Part shown: positions 35,152 through 50,684 of the stretch, one piece after another
Layout: each line of letters starts with the position of its first letter
Numbering within the stretch: position 1 is the stretch's first letter
Assembly: GCA_001643675.2 (NCBI GenBank)
Contig: LSRY02000055.1
Location: 124,001 to 188,000, forward strand
Length of the DNA stretch: 64,000 nucleotides
Direction: 5' to 3'
Source: Monocercomonoides exilis PA203
Taxonomy: Eukaryota > Protista > Preaxostyla
The notes under the pieces: model-generated
The model's database searches: none
Told to the model about the DNA's origin: nothing
The model's input: the letters and a program-made list of their open reading frames with translations, nothing else
Made by a program: the position numbers and the translations under genes

Positions 35152-36470
35152 TATGTGTTCCATATTAAAAAAATGTTTCATTTAGAATTCTGTCTCTTCT
35201 GAAGATAAAAGTTGGACAGGAAGAATGAACAGAAATATAGATAAAGATGAAAACTCATCTTTTTGTTTGCTGATAACATTCAACAAGTTCAAATGAGAAA
35301 AGAGGGAGATTGATTGAAAAAAAGAATGAAGAAAGCATGAGAAAGAAGAGAAAAGAAATGGAATTTGGAATTGAGAAAATTTTCTCCTTGGAGAAGAGCA
35401 TTAATTTGCAGAGAGAAGAAGATACATATAATTATGTGGAATAAGGAAACAAATGGAAAAATGTAATATTGTGATGAAAAAAACAGATAATTTGAGATTA
35501 TCAAACGTTCAGGTGCCAGAAAGATGGATTAGAATTGAAAAAAAAAAAAAAAAAGATTTTGAATTGCTAGAAACATTCTTTTGATTTTCAGTCATCATTC
35601 ATTTGCTTCTGATGAATTTTCAATCGCAGCAAATTACGAAATTCAAATAAAAAAGACATCTCTGAACAGAAAGCAACAGATATTTGAAAGCCAATAATAC
35701 AACGATCTTCAATCACTTCATCACCATCTTCTTCTTCTCCCATTCCAGACTCCTTAGACCCTCTCTCTCTGACAACAAGAACTCCTTTCTCCTTCGTCTC
35801 CGCTTCATAAAAGAGCGATGATGTTTGTGTGAGAGCTGAGAGTTTCTGGACTTTTTCACTCTGTTGTTATCAAAAGGCTGTGTTGTCAATATTGCTCTAT
35901 TTCAACTTCTTTCAAACGATCGAAGTGAATACATAAAATTTCAGTTTCTTGACAAAAAAAGCGAACAGTGCAGCTGGAAATGGCGCCATAATATAAGCTG
36001 TTTGGAAATAAATGTAATAAGCAGCATGAAGACAATACACAACAACAAAGATGTCTCCTAGAACGTCAAATTCGAAGTGTTGGGGATCATTGGCTGAAGG
36101 AGGGAGAGTGGCCAAGCGATGATAAAGGGACTGAAGATAACTGCGTTGATGAGGAGGAAGAAAGGCTCAAATCATGGAAGATGGACGAGGAGTGTCGCTT
36201 TGAAAAAGACTGTAGATGCATCAATATTCTGCATAAGTTCAGAGCCCTCAACTCCTTTCATCCGATGTCTGCTTCTTCTTCTTTTTCTTTCTTCCTTTTC
36301 TTTCTTTTCTTCATATTTCTTGATCTTAATCTTTATCATTTCTTTTTCTTTTTTGAAAAAGGAAACAAAAGAACTGATAGAAATTCTTCAGTTACTTTTT
36401 GTTTCCATTTTGCGAAATGACTAAAATAGAAAAAGAAAACAAAGAGGTACAAAATTCACGACATTTTATT

Positions 36471-37835
36471 TCACCAAGCATTCACAAAATAATTCGTAAC
36501 ATTCAAAGATATATAAATAAGGTGTTATTAACAAAAAAGTAACGAAACATTTCTTGAAAACTTGTAAAGAAATCTTCGTATCCTTCTTCTTCCAGCTTTT
36601 CAAAAACCTTCCTTTTTGTTATTTTTCTTTTCATTTCATCATTTTCATTTTTCTCTTTTCTTTTCAATCGATATGAAACAGATTCAGAGAATTCCAAGAT
36701 TTCCTTTGCTATTTTGTCATCCACTGTTCGTCCCTGCATCTCCTCCAAAACAGCTTCAACAGCTCCACTTTTCAACAAGTCATCAACCTTTTCATCTCTA
36801 TTTTTTGCTGCTTTTCTAAAGGAATTAATGCACCTGTAACTGATTTCTCTTTTATTTTCTCTTGCTGCTCGAAGCACTTTCACAATGCTGTCAATAAATC
36901 CATCAAATTCTTCATTCTTCGAACGATATTTGCTAAAATATATCCCCAATGTTTTGAACCATCTCATCAAAATGAGCTCATCTTCAGTCGCTTTTCCTCC
37001 TCTTTCTTTTTCTTTTCTCTTCCAACCAGCACATCTTGTCAGCTCTTCCAATTCCCTTTTTGCTTCTCTCAAAAAATGCAGTTTAAACACAATCTCTCTC
37101 TCTAAGCTGCTGTCAAAGTCCAATCTGTAGAGCAAATAAAGCCAAATTGATTGACAGGCAAGATGAGTCAGATTATGATGTTTCTGATGAAATAGCATGA
37201 TTTCTCTGATTTCATTCAAATGCAGTTTTTGTTCGACCGACTTTCAAAAAAAAGAAAATAAAAATAAAAATAAAAAAAAATAAATGAATAAAAATATCAA
37301 AAAATATATCAGAAATACTCAAACCCAATATCCGGCATTGCTCACAGTCAGCAAAGCCATTTCCACTTCTTTTTGAGTCTCCTTTTTTCCTCTTTATTCA
37401 AAGCAACTTTTAGAAGATGAGGCGTGCACATTGAAAGCAATTCATCTGAAATTGAGTCTAAATATAGCAAAGAGAAGCATTCACAGAGATCAATTTGAAA
37501 CTTTTCATTCATTTCTCTTTTTTCATCTTTTCTTCATCAAAAGGCATTTTCTTGAATCTTCCGTATAGCAAAGAACTTTCAAAGCCACAACTCTGCCACT
37601 CCATAAGATCTTTATAATATTCAATGCGCTTCAATAACAACAATGCATTTTCCATTGACATTTTCTCTTCTTCAATCATTTTGTGCATTTTGTTGTACAA
37701 TTCTGTTGTGAAAACGGATTTACATTCTTCCACATCCATTTCATCAATTATTCCATTTGATTCTTCGATTTTTTGTTTCTGCTCTTCCTCATTGCAATGC
37801 TCCAACTGATCAAACAACTCTTCCCCGATCATCAA
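36471..37835 (-). pseudogene. EEEGYED family copy 2, frameshifted
   Basis: ORFs 37509-37835 and 36503-37219. There is a premature stop/frameshift after KKEK, and the terminal NYFVNAW* is in a different frame. Confidence 0.75.
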
Positions 37836-38539
37836 AAATCATAAAACACGAGATCATTGAAAATACACAATTATTGCTTACAAACTTGAAAACTTGTCTG
37901 CACGAGACGGCTCCTGAACATCATCATTGGATTTATATTTGTTGTGCATTTCCATTCTGTTTGTTATGTGCAATGATCAATTAACCGCATAACTTCAAAC
38001 AAAAAACAGAAAAGCAATAACGAAAAACATTGATGATTGTCAAAGCAAAGATATAGCAGACCAATAAGAATTCTTTTGCTTTTAAAAAATAAATATGAAA
38101 TCGAAACCACAAAGAAGCCAACGGGACAGGCTATATTGAGTCAAATACGAAAGATCTTAATTTCTTTCTGATCAATCTTACAATAATTTATTTTAAGTAT
38201 CAGGATTGAATTTTGAATGAAAACTTGAACGAATTGAAAAATACCCCACATGTTTAGCATTGAATATGAAAATAATTTTCGTTTTTATATTCAGAACAGC
38301 ATGAAGAAGAGACAATAAATAGTTTTGAAGAACAAAACAAAGAAGAGACAAAAAAGCAACAGTTTGTTCATTAATCGTGTGTGTGCTTCAATGCCCTTTT
38401 TAAATTAAAACATATTTGTATTTCAATTTTGACACTCACATTTTGTTTCATCTGGAAGCTTTCCTTCATCGAAATGATTTTTTCTGTTATTTCAGTGTAT
38501 TTGCTGGTTTCCGTGAATGTTCCAAATTTAATGTGTTGA

Positions 38540-39100
38540 GTATAGTTATAAGCAATCGGGATAATTTTATTATTTGTTCGTTTCTTGAGTGGGTCATCCA
38601 GGCTGAAGGAAGATTAATGGAAGGGAATCAAGCTTTCAACTATTCGCAGTTTTTTATGAAACAAGGGCAAAGGACAATTGAATGCCTTTGGAGCAGCATT
38701 AAAGCAACAATGGGCAAAATTGTTAACAGAGCATTGAAAGAAAATTTATTCCAAAAGTCTTTGAGGTTGAGCGAAGATGAAAGAATATGAGATGGAGAAG
38801 GAAGATTAATGAAATATGTGAAACCAAGCACGTGGGGAATTTTGAATTCATTTCAACGCATTTATCGTTTTATGGTGAATCCGCTTTAAGTGTATTTATC
38901 TGTGAAGATGCTTGTCACATTTTTCGGAAAATCATCATTTTTGGTTGTTTTGCTGATTTTCATAGATTTGCCGATTTCGGGGTGGATTTCAAGACAAAGA
39001 CTGAAACAATTCGAGCAATGCCAAAACAAACATGTTAGGACAGACAAAACAACAATTGAAATATTTTTCCAAATTTAGGTGTGCAATCCATAAGATGTCA
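38540..39100 (+). pseudogene. ABCC/MRP-type ABC transporter transmembrane-domain fragment (copy a)
   Basis: MGKIVNRALKENLFQKSLRLS..GEGRLMKY..NPL*VYLSVKMLVTFFGKSSFLVVLLIFIDLPISGWI..DKTTIEIFFQI resembles ABCC TMD1 (R.AL...IY.K.LRLS; P.Q....L...LG.S; D.R.....E....IK). Stops are present. Confidence 0.55.
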
Positions 39101-39769
39101 CATTTTTGCAATTTTTTTTAAAAAAAGAAATTTTTTCAAAAAAAAATTAAAAATAGCTCGAATTTTAACAGAAATGATAATTTCACATTTTCTCTTTCTT
39201 TTTCTGAATACAAAAAATTGCTTATTTCATTCCAAATGGCATTTCTGCTGTTGTTTTGCAAAGTTTTTTGGATCATTTCTTCATTTTATCTTTATGTTAT
39301 TCATTCTTTTCATCCTCATTTCTTTCTCTTTCTTCTTCTTCTCTCATTAATTCTCCTTCTTCCTCTCCTCCTCCTTCACCTCCATCATCACTTTGTTCAT
39401 CTTCTTCTTTTTCTTCAACTTCAATTTCTTTTTATTCTCCATCTTCTTCTTCTTCTTCCTTCTCCTCCTCCTCCTCCTTCTTCTTCTTCTTCTTCTTCAA
39501 ATAATACAAAAATAAAAAAATCACCAAAAAAAATTCCCCCGTTCGTGGCCGTTCAGTATTTTTTTAAAGATAATTCCGCAACTCAGTTGAAAACAGAAAT
39601 GTCAAATCAAAATGAAATGAAGCATGTCAAATTGACAAAAGAAAAAGGAGGAGGAAGAAGAAGAATAAGGAGAATATAAAGAATTCTGTGATTTCTGTTG
39701 ATAAATCCCATTTCCTTCTCCTTCTCCTCTTCTTCTTCTTCCTCTTCCTCTTTCTCCTTCTCCTTCTCC

Positions 39770-40143
39770 TTCTTTCTTCCCAAACACCTTCTCCTGCAGC
39801 CACTCCACTTACTCCAGCACCACATCCTTCTCTCCATTCAGCGCGTCAATCTCCTTCAACAGCCTCTCAATCTCTTCGTCTTTCCCCCTCATCGTTTCCC
39901 TCATCTCCCCTGCTTCCTCCACTGCTTCATCCAATCCATACACCTCCTTTTCATACTCTCTCATTCTCGCCTTCACAAACAGAAGCTCATCTTCATCCAC
40001 TTTTCGCTCTCTCAAAATTTCTTCTGCTTCTTGCTGCGCTGCCCCATGCAATTCTTTCTCTTTCTCGGATGTTTGGGTCAGCTGAGACAGGGCCTTTTGG
40101 AGAGAACTGACACGCTGCTCGTATTTGAGGGCGGTCTCGGTCT
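39770..40143 (-). pseudogene. CEP290-like coiled-coil exon fragment
   Basis: MREYEKEVYGLDEAVEE..MRGKDEEIERLLKEIDAL..LE*VEWLQEKV matches, from memory, the CEP290 segment LKDYESGVYGLEDAV..RDREIEILTKEINKL. It has one in-frame TAA and is isolated between microsatellites. Confidence 0.6.
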
Positions 40144-40542
40144 GGGATGAGAGGGAGAGAGAAAAAGAAAGAGAAAGAAGAAAGAGAGAGAGAGAGAGAG
40201 AATAAGAAAAAGAGAAAGAGAAAGAAGAAGAAAAAGAAAGAGAAATAAAAAAAGAAAGAGAAAAGAAAGAGAAAGAGAAAGAGAAAGAGAAAGAGAAATA
40301 ATAAGTGGTATTAGGAGGAAAACGAAAAGATGAGGAAGAAGGAGAGGAAGAAGAAAAATTTTGCACTTTGTTTATCCCATCAGCTTCATAATGTTGTTTC
40401 CAACTTTTGTTCAGTTTTCTTGTTTGCTTCTCTTTCTTTTTGACTGTTTTGCCATTTGCCATTTTCAATTGAACAAACTTCTTTGAAATGAATTTATCAA
40501 ATCCTTCTCCATTATTTGCCTGTTTTTCTTCATCTATTCTTC

Positions 40543-40621
<79 letters not shown>
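40543..40621. repeat. (CAT)n microsatellite
   Basis: Direct reading. Confidence 0.95.
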
Positions 40622-40623
<2 letters not shown>

Positions 40624-41524
40624 CTTCCTCTTCCTCCTTCTCCTGTTAATTCTTCTTCTTCTCCTTCTCTTCCTTTTCCTCTTCCTCCTCCTCCTCCTCC
40701 TCCTTTTTCTTCTCTTCTTCTCCAAATCTCATTTCGGTTGAAAGAATATGAATTTGAATGCACAAATCTTTTTATGACGTACGAAAATATGAAAATATTT
40801 CCTTTTTATGTTTCACTCTCACCAAACTTGGGAATCTCCATCTTTTCTATTGGGCTAGACTTCATAGTTTTTCTTCACGATATAAGATTAGTTTGCAATT
40901 GTCAAACAAAATCTTGATCTTCTTCCACTCAACAAGCATGTTCTCCATACACAAGAACTTTTCTTTTCTTTCATTCAGCAAATTTATTTGTATTTTCAGA
41001 ATTTCATTTCTTTTCTTCTTTCATAACCCAATGATCCATTGACACATGAACTCAAAATGCATCCATTCACAAAATATGTCAAACCTTCAACAACCATCTG
41101 TTCTTGCTTTCAGTTTCATTCTTTTTCACAAAAAACTACAAAAAATATCTTCCATTCACTCGTTTTGTTTGTCTGTTTCCCCTTTTCTCTTAACTAAAGC
41201 ATTTGCATTCCATTTCATTCCAAAATCTGAAACATTGTTTTCAAAATGATAAAGAATTATTATTTTTGAAAAAATCATTCTTCAAATAAATTGTTGGTTT
41301 TGATCAAAAAGAAACAAAAAATTTCCATTTCTGGACTTAGACAGCCATTACTTGTGGTTACTTCGCATTTTCTTTTGCGCTTCTTTTCATAAAGCAAAAA
41401 ATTAACGGTTTGTATAACGATCGTTTTTATTTTGAGAGAAAATCAATGTTGTTTGTTTTTATCTTTTATTTTGTTATTTGCCAAGCTTTGCACCTCTTTT
41501 TGAATATATTGTGCAACAAGCAGA

Positions 41525-42987
41525 ATGAGTACATGCAATAATGTTAAAAATGAAGACAGGATACAGTTTATGACCATTACGGAGCAGTTTTCAAGTTTGC
41601 TATCTTATTTGGATAGTACAATTCTGAACATAATTTTTGTATTTTGAAACTTATTTGCAGAATTGTTTTGTGAACTTGAAGAGTGCGATGAAGAGGAACA
41701 AATGCAGAAAGTGAAGGAAATGAATGAATTGATTGAAGAGATGAATAACGAAGAATTCAAATCTGTTTTCACAATAAAACTGTTCAATAAAATACGCCAA
41801 ATGATTGAAGAAAAGAAAATGTCAATGGAAAATACAATTTTGCTGCTGAAACATGTTGGATATAACGGTGTACTGAAAAGAAATTTGGAAATTAAAATTT
41901 TCATTTCTTCATTGAATAAAAGATTTGAGGAGATGATTGCTGAAGAAGAGAAGAAGAAAGAAGAAGAAAATGAAAATCTGTTGACTGATCTTTATGAATG
42001 CTATTTTTTGCTTTACGGCCATTTTTCTTCAGAATTACATTCTATGTGTGTGCCTTATCTTCTGAAAGTTGCGTTGAAGAAAGTGGAAAACGAAGAAGCT
42101 CAAAAAGAAGTTGAAATGGCTTTGCTTGCTTCGAGCAGCATTGGTATATTTAATGTGTGAGAATTTCGATTTCATCTTTGATAATGTTTTTTTTTTCCAT
42201 CTTTTTTTTTCAGTCTATCAAAAAAGAACTGTATTTGAATGAGATCAAAGAGATTATCCAACATCATCACGAACATCACAATCTGACACGAATTGCCTAT
42301 CAATCAGCTTGGCAGTTTTTCATTGACAGATTTTTCAACGACAAAAGCCTTGAAGAAGTTATTGTGAATGAACTTCATTTTCCGAGAGAGACAGCAAAAG
42401 AATTGGAGGTGCTGACAAGATGCATTGACTGGAAGAAGAAAGAAGAAGAAAATGAGGAAAAAGGAAGAAAAGAAACGAAAGAAGAGGTTGTTTTATATAG
42501 ATGGCTCCGAATGTTGGAGGTTTATTTTCGCAGATGCAAGTTGTGGAATGAAGAATTTATCTGTCTTTTTAGCAGCATCGTTCATTTGTTTCGAGCATCA
42601 AGGAATCGTTGTGAAGAAATTCACTATGAAAGCATATGTCCACTTTATGAAGCAGCAGGTAGCAAAGCTGTTAAAGTTGAAGACTTATTGAAAGGAAAGG
42701 CTGTTGATGCTGTTTTGGAGGAGATTCTGCGGCTAACATTAAATCACTTTTTGATATGTTATTGCTTGCTTATTTTAAAGATTATTTCAGACAGACTGAA
42801 AGAAGAGGAGAAGGATGAAAAGGAAGAGGCGGAAAGAAAGAGAATGAAAATGGAGATGTTTGAGAAGTTGGAAGAAGAAGGATATGAAGATGTTATCCCA
42901 AGCCTTCTTATTATACATGACATTCAAAACGATAAATATGAATGTGGATTATCACATGACATTGCAGGATATTTTGTGAATGTTTAG
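41525..42987 (+). CDS. EEEGYED family copy 3, intact 3-exon gene
   Basis: Exons 41525-41594, 41661-42154 and 42214-42987. The GT-AG introns (66 and 59 nt) give a continuous frame ending YFVNV*. Confidence 0.85.
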
Positions 42988-43659
42988 CGAAATAAAATGT
43001 ATTGAATTTTGAAACACCTATTATTTCTTTTTCTGTTTTCATCATTTCACAAAATGGCAAAAAAAGAGAAAATTGAGATATCTTTTGTTCTTTGTGAATT
43101 GATGATATTGTTCAATCGGATAAAAAATTATTGAAAAACATTTTTTCTCAAAAAACTTTAATCATGGAGAAAGAAGAGAAAGAAGATAAAAAAGATGAAA
43201 AAGAGAAAGAAGATGAAGAAAAACAAGACGAAAAAGAAAAAGTTGTGAATTCAGTGTTAAGAAGTGAAAATCGACCTGCCAATGAAGAAAAAAATACTTC
43301 ATTTCCACCAAACTTTGTATTCCTCCGACAATAAACCTTTTTCTCTTTGAATATGAGTTTCTCTTTTTCTTGTTTATAAAAAAAAAATGGAAAAAAAAAA
43401 AATGGAGTTACAAAAGGCTTCTCAAAAGATAAGAAAAGAGAATTAATTAGAGGTAAGGAATAAACTTGCCTGTATTTGTTTCACTTTCATGAGACTGCTT
43501 TGAAGATGCAAGTCATTTCGTGAAGAATTTTAAAAAAGATAAGAAGAAAATGGAAGTCATACAGAATTTCCTTTTAACTTCATTTCATCAAAAATGAAGT
43601 GGAAGAAAAAATCAACATTGACTGGGGGAAAATTAAAAAATATGTTGAATTGTGGAAAA

Positions 43660-44850
<1,191 letters not shown>

Positions 44851-44883
44851 AATGAATTATAAAATATGAAACATTTAAATTTA

Positions 44884-46344
44884 TCAGGCATTTACAAAAT
44901 AATCTAAAATGTCCAACGACAAAAAAGGATAGTAATATCTGTTCAGAATATCAATTAATTCATGAAAGCTTGGAACAGCATCTTCATATCCTTCTTCTTC
45001 CAACTTCTCAAATATCTCCTTTTTTATCTTTTCTCTTTCATCTTCCTTTTCATCATCGTCATTATTATTGTTATCATCATAATCATCCTCTTTCAATCGC
45101 CTCGAAATATTCATGAAAAACCTCAAGCATCCATTTGTTATTCTGTCATTCAGCGTTGGCCTGTGAATCTCCTCCAAAACAGCATCAATTGCCTTTCCTT
45201 TCAACAAGTCTTCAACTTTGACGGCTTTGTTACCTGTGGATGCATAAAGTGAAATAATGCATTGATAGTGAATTTCTTCACAATGATTCCTTGATGCTAG
45301 GAACATGTGAACAATGCTGCTGACAAACCCCACAAATTCTTCATTCCACAATCTGCATCTGCGAAAATAAACCTCCGATATTCGGAGCCATCTATATAAA
45401 ACAATCTCTTCTTTTGTTTCATTTCCTATTTTCTCTCTTTCATTTTTTTTCAAATTCAAAAATTTTGACAGCTCTTCCAGCTCTCTTGCTACTTCTCTCG
45501 GGAAATGAAGTTCAACAAAATTAACATCTTCAAAGAATTTGTCAAGACTCAGCCGATAAATCAAAAACTGCCAAGCTGATTGATAGGCAAGCCGTGAAAG
45601 ATCGCGCTTCTCCTGATGATGTTTGATAATCTCTTTGATTTCATTCAAGAAAATTCCCCTTTCAATTTTCTTTTCAGAAAAATAAATAAATAAAAATATC
45701 AATAATATCAAAAGTGATATAAAAATGCTCATACGAAAAACGTGTTAAGGCAACTCAACGACATCAAAGCTATTTCCACTTCCTTCTGAGCTTCTTCGTT
45801 TTCCTCTTTCTTTAACGCGAATTTCAGAAGGCAAGGAACGCAATTTGATTCAAATCCAGATGAGAAGTTATAATCAAGAGTTAGATAGCATTCACAAAGA
45901 TCAACAAGAAGCTTTGTGTTCTCTTCTTTTTTCTTTTCTTCTTCACCAATCATTTTCTGAAATCTTTTGCTCAACGATAACTCGTTAATATTAACAAAAA
46001 ACTTTAGAGCTTTCAATGTATTATAGCATCCAATATGTTTCAACAAGATGATCGCAATCTCCATCGAAAGTTTCTCTTCTTCAATCATTTTGTTGATTTT
46101 GTTGAACAGTTCTTTCGTAAAAACAGATTTAAATTCTTCCACATTCATTTCATCAATTATTTTATTCATTTCAATGATTTTCTGTATTTGTTCATCTTCA
46201 TAGCAATCTTCCAGTTCAGAAAACAATTCTTCATAAAAGAAAAAAATGTGGAAAATGAGAATTCAAATACAACAACGAATACAAGCCTGTAAACTTCTTT
46301 ATGTTGTCCGTTTCCTGCATACATATTTTTTTATTAAAATACAT
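44884..46344 (-). CDS. EEEGYED family copy 4 (3 exons; first intron apparently GC-AG)
   Basis: ORFs 45729-46226 and 44884-45732 plus a short exon (MYFNKKIC)MQETDNIKKFT. Ends YFVNA*. Confidence 0.8.
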
Positions 46345-48685
46345 TGAACATAAATGTAACACCATTTTGCCGTTTTTATCAAATAAGCATATATTTGGAA
46401 AGAAGAAGTTTATGAAAAACAAAAAAACTCATAATAGCTTTATAAAAATGCACATTCAAACAGAAATTCTTAGGATTTGTGCGTTTAACAAAGGATTATG
46501 AAGAAAACAATGCTTAATAATTAATTTTTTTTTATAATGGATTCCAAGATCATCCGATTTGAAAGAACTGGAATATTCCATTCACAGAATGAGTATTTCG
46601 TGAGTGAACATTATCTGTAGAACTCGAAATATTATTTCCTGTGTGACAACAGGCTATGGTGGAGATGCAATATTTTTGGAACTCTGCCTGATGATTATTG
46701 GAAATTGGAAGATAGAAGAAACACAACAATTTCATCAATAACACAAAAAGATATAATGTATGTAATTTATATTGTTCTGTTGATTGTGAAGATGTTATCA
46801 TCTGTAACCTCTCCAAAGTCGTGATTCAGACGATTTATATAAAATGGACAATTTATTCTTTGCAGAGGAGAACAGCGAGGAAGCGAGGCAAATGCTATCT
46901 TTCAAATATATTAGAGCCTGAATGTATTTTATCATAAATATTTATATCACTTATTTTGGAATCAACATGTGGCATATGGAAATGCGACGAAAAATGAGTT
47001 TTGATGAAGCTGAAATCAACGGGGTTGGAAGATATTCAAAGCTAAAAAGGAAGAATATCCAATCTCTATGAATAGAGAGTGTTTTTAATGAGGGTGGGAT
47101 ATTTTCAGAAAATTTTTGTTGGAGAGATTGTGGAAGATGACTGAAACAGGACATTGGAGGCAGTTGCGACAGAGCAAGGTGCCTTTCTTGGGATAAGAAG
47201 GGGAAGACATTGCTTTTATGGACTGAGGGGGGCGATGGAACTGCTTTTAATTGATTGGCTTTTGAACCAAATATACGAGAAAAACAGACAGTTTTGCGTT
47301 ATACAAGCAGCTGAGGAAAATTACAGGCAAAATGGATTTGAGTCATTTTGCTATCGCCTTTTGCATTGTGTCATCAAGATTTCTATGCTGAGGATATCTT
47401 TTTGCATAAAATATCCGTTTGTTGAGATCTTCATAGCATCTTCGTTTTTTACAACTCCTTCATCATCATCATCTTTTTCTTTTTTTTCTTCTCCATTCAA
47501 TTCTCCTTCTCCTTCACCTCTTTTACTGTTTCTTCCCTTCTGATTATGTTAATTTTTCCTAAAAACTTATATCCTCGTTCACATAACATCATGGAAGGTG
47601 TTATCTCTCACAGAAAAACACATTTTCAATGGGAAGGGTGAAAGAATGAGAAAAGAAGGAGAGGGGAAATGAGGCAAATGAGATGCATATGCAATTGGTG
47701 AACGTTTTTTGGTTTAACTTTGTAAAGACAATAATAGTTTCAATAAAGGAGGATAAAGATAAAGAGGGAGAGGACAAAGAAGGAAATGTTTGGGCGATGT
47801 ATAAATGAGATATAATATTGAGTGGAAGTTTAAGAATGAATAGGAAACAGACATGAGACTGAAAGAATTGAAAAGATTTTTTTTTGAATGAAAAGAAAAA
47901 GAAATTTTGATACACAGTTTGAGTTTGAAGTTGAATTTGAGAAGAGAAGGAAGAAGAGCGAAGGATATCGAAGGAAGTTGTTAAATCAATGGACCTGAAA
48001 AGGATAAAGAGATGCTGAGATAAAGTTAAAAATTGTTCATGGGGTAATCTGATGATCAACAATTTCTTCAAACGTTTGATGATGTTGTTGATCCACACAA
48101 CAAGAACGGAGATTTGAAGGAACAGTTAAAGTTGAAGTATTGGAAGAAAACAAACCTTTGTCATCCTTTGAAATCACAAGTTTTTTATCCATTTAGCAAT
48201 CTTCTCCAATCTTCATAAAAAATGTTCTTTTGGTATTTCTTTTGAATAACAAGCTTTGAAACTTATTATTTTCCTATTAAAGATATATTTTTCATTATTT
48301 TTATTTGTATTTTTATTTTCATAGCTTTCGATAAAACATGATCAAGAAATCTATTACTGAATGCATTCAAAAAGGTTTGATTTTTATAAATGCATCATTG
48401 AAACAAACACATGTTGTGATTGTTAAAGCCAAATGGTTTTGAAAAAGCAATGTTTGTGAAAGAATTATTGTTCAATCATTTTATTTTTCATATTTCATGA
48501 ATTCAAAAAAATAACCAAATGATAACATTTTTTTCTTTGAATTGATAACATTTTCTCGATCAAATTTTTTGTGGAAATGGAATTTGTTTTTCCGCAATCT
48601 TAGAAATTGATATATGCAAAAAAGGAGAAATTGATAACAAAAAAAATGGAAAAAAATAATTTTCAACAAAAACGAAATTATCAAA

Positions 48686-48880
<195 letters not shown>

Positions 48881-49879
48881 AATAAATTGACGGAATGAAA
48901 ATGGTAAAAAAAAATGCAAGTGTCAACTTTTTGTATTTTATTATTTTTCGAAAAAAAATAATTTCTTCTTGAAAGCAAAGAGCTCGTTCTGAAAAGAAAC
49001 AAAAAAAGAAATTTATGTGGATGTCTGTATAAATAATCTTGTTTTATTATTCATGTTTTCGGTTCGATAAATAACAATTATACATAAATTCATGACATAA
49101 GAAAAGTTAAAAGGCTCAATAAAGACATCTTCTTCTTTGTCCCAGCTGAACCATTTATTCGAAAAACGGTTGTGATAAATTTATCATAAGAATTGAAAAT
49201 ATCTTCCCAATGACAAACAATCTTTGAAAAATCAACATATTAAAAAAGAGGTGAGATTTTAAAAATTATCACTTTAGTAAAAAAATGGGTGATTATTTTT
49301 GAAATCATATTTTTTCATATAAAATTTTCGGTCCAAAACTTTGTCTTGAAAATTAACATATGTCAAAATTTTTTTGAAAAGTGACAACAGATCAAAAATT
49401 AAACCCATGACAGTTAATTATTACTCATTCCGTTCCCATAATTCTTATGAGAAATTGATGCTATCTTGAAAATTTTTGTTTGTTCATTGCAAACCTCTAT
49501 ATGAAAAGAAAAATATTTCAACAAAAAATTATATATCTTTTTTATTGATCAAAATTAAATCATTTGTTTCACAATGAAAAAGAGTATAATTTTCTTGAAC
49601 AATTATGCAATTGCTAATAAATACAATAAACAAGGTATGCATCGATAATTTTTCCTGATAAACTTGATTTTCACAGATAATTCATATTTTCATTTGAATA
49701 GAATTTTTTGTTGTTCAAAATGAATAACAACATTTCTTGGAAGCAGGGACAGCTCTGAAAAGTTGGAATAAACAAAAAAATTACCAAATATTGATGGTTC
49801 ACAATTTGTTTTTCTTTATGTTTAATTAATATTTTTTTGCATTCTTTTTTACAGCTTGACATATTTGTTGCAAATTTCA

Positions 49880-50640
49880 GAACTCCTATTGTGAGGAAGT
49901 TAGTAACGTGGGGCTGCACATCAGATTTATTTGTGTGAGAAGAGAATATGCTGCTGAGGATTGAGAAATACCAGTGCGAGATGACATTTGTATCCTTAAT
50001 CGCAGACAATCACGAGGATAACAAGCAATGCGGAGGATATGAAGTGCCTTGTGGATCGCTGAGTGAAGGAATTCAGCGCATCATTCAGTCACGCCATTCG
50101 TAGCTGTTGATCAAAAAAGATAGCCTTTGTCGGAGAATGTGAAGCAAAGGACGTAATTATCCACTTATTACAACCTCTAAGAATGTTCGGTTTGAGAGAT
50201 TGAAATTCAACTTTGATTAATCGTTTTCTTATTCTGAAAGTTCAGTCTTTTATGAAGCAAATGGACAATTTTTTATTTGATCTGTTGATTTTTCTTCGGC
50301 TGGGGAATTAAATAGCATTCAAAATATTGAATTTAATTCAACATTGTTGAGCATCTATGATGAAATCCTTCATATTAACAACTGTTCAATATCGCACCTT
50401 TCATTCATGAAACCTTCATTCCTGTTGAATGGAGTTGATATCTCAATCACAAATGTAAAACAGTAACAGATCGAATCAATGGCAAATGCATTTGAGATTG
50501 GAAATTGTGGAAGCGTTGCATCTAATGGAATGGCTGTGAATGAAGTAGAGTTGTTTGAAGGATGCATTTTTCCTTGAGGCGATACAATTTCTGGAATCAT
50601 ATATACTTGGAGCTTTTCTGACAACAACTGTTAAGGGAAT
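49880..50640 (+). pseudogene. Degraded fragment of the giant surface-protein family
   Basis: DNHEDNKQCGGYEVPCGSLSEGIQRII matches the family CG...PC.S module; ILHINNCSISHLSF; many stops. Confidence 0.6.
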
Positions 50641-50684
50641 TCAAATGGAGCCTCTTCCTTTTTGCACCATCTCCTCCTCCTCCT

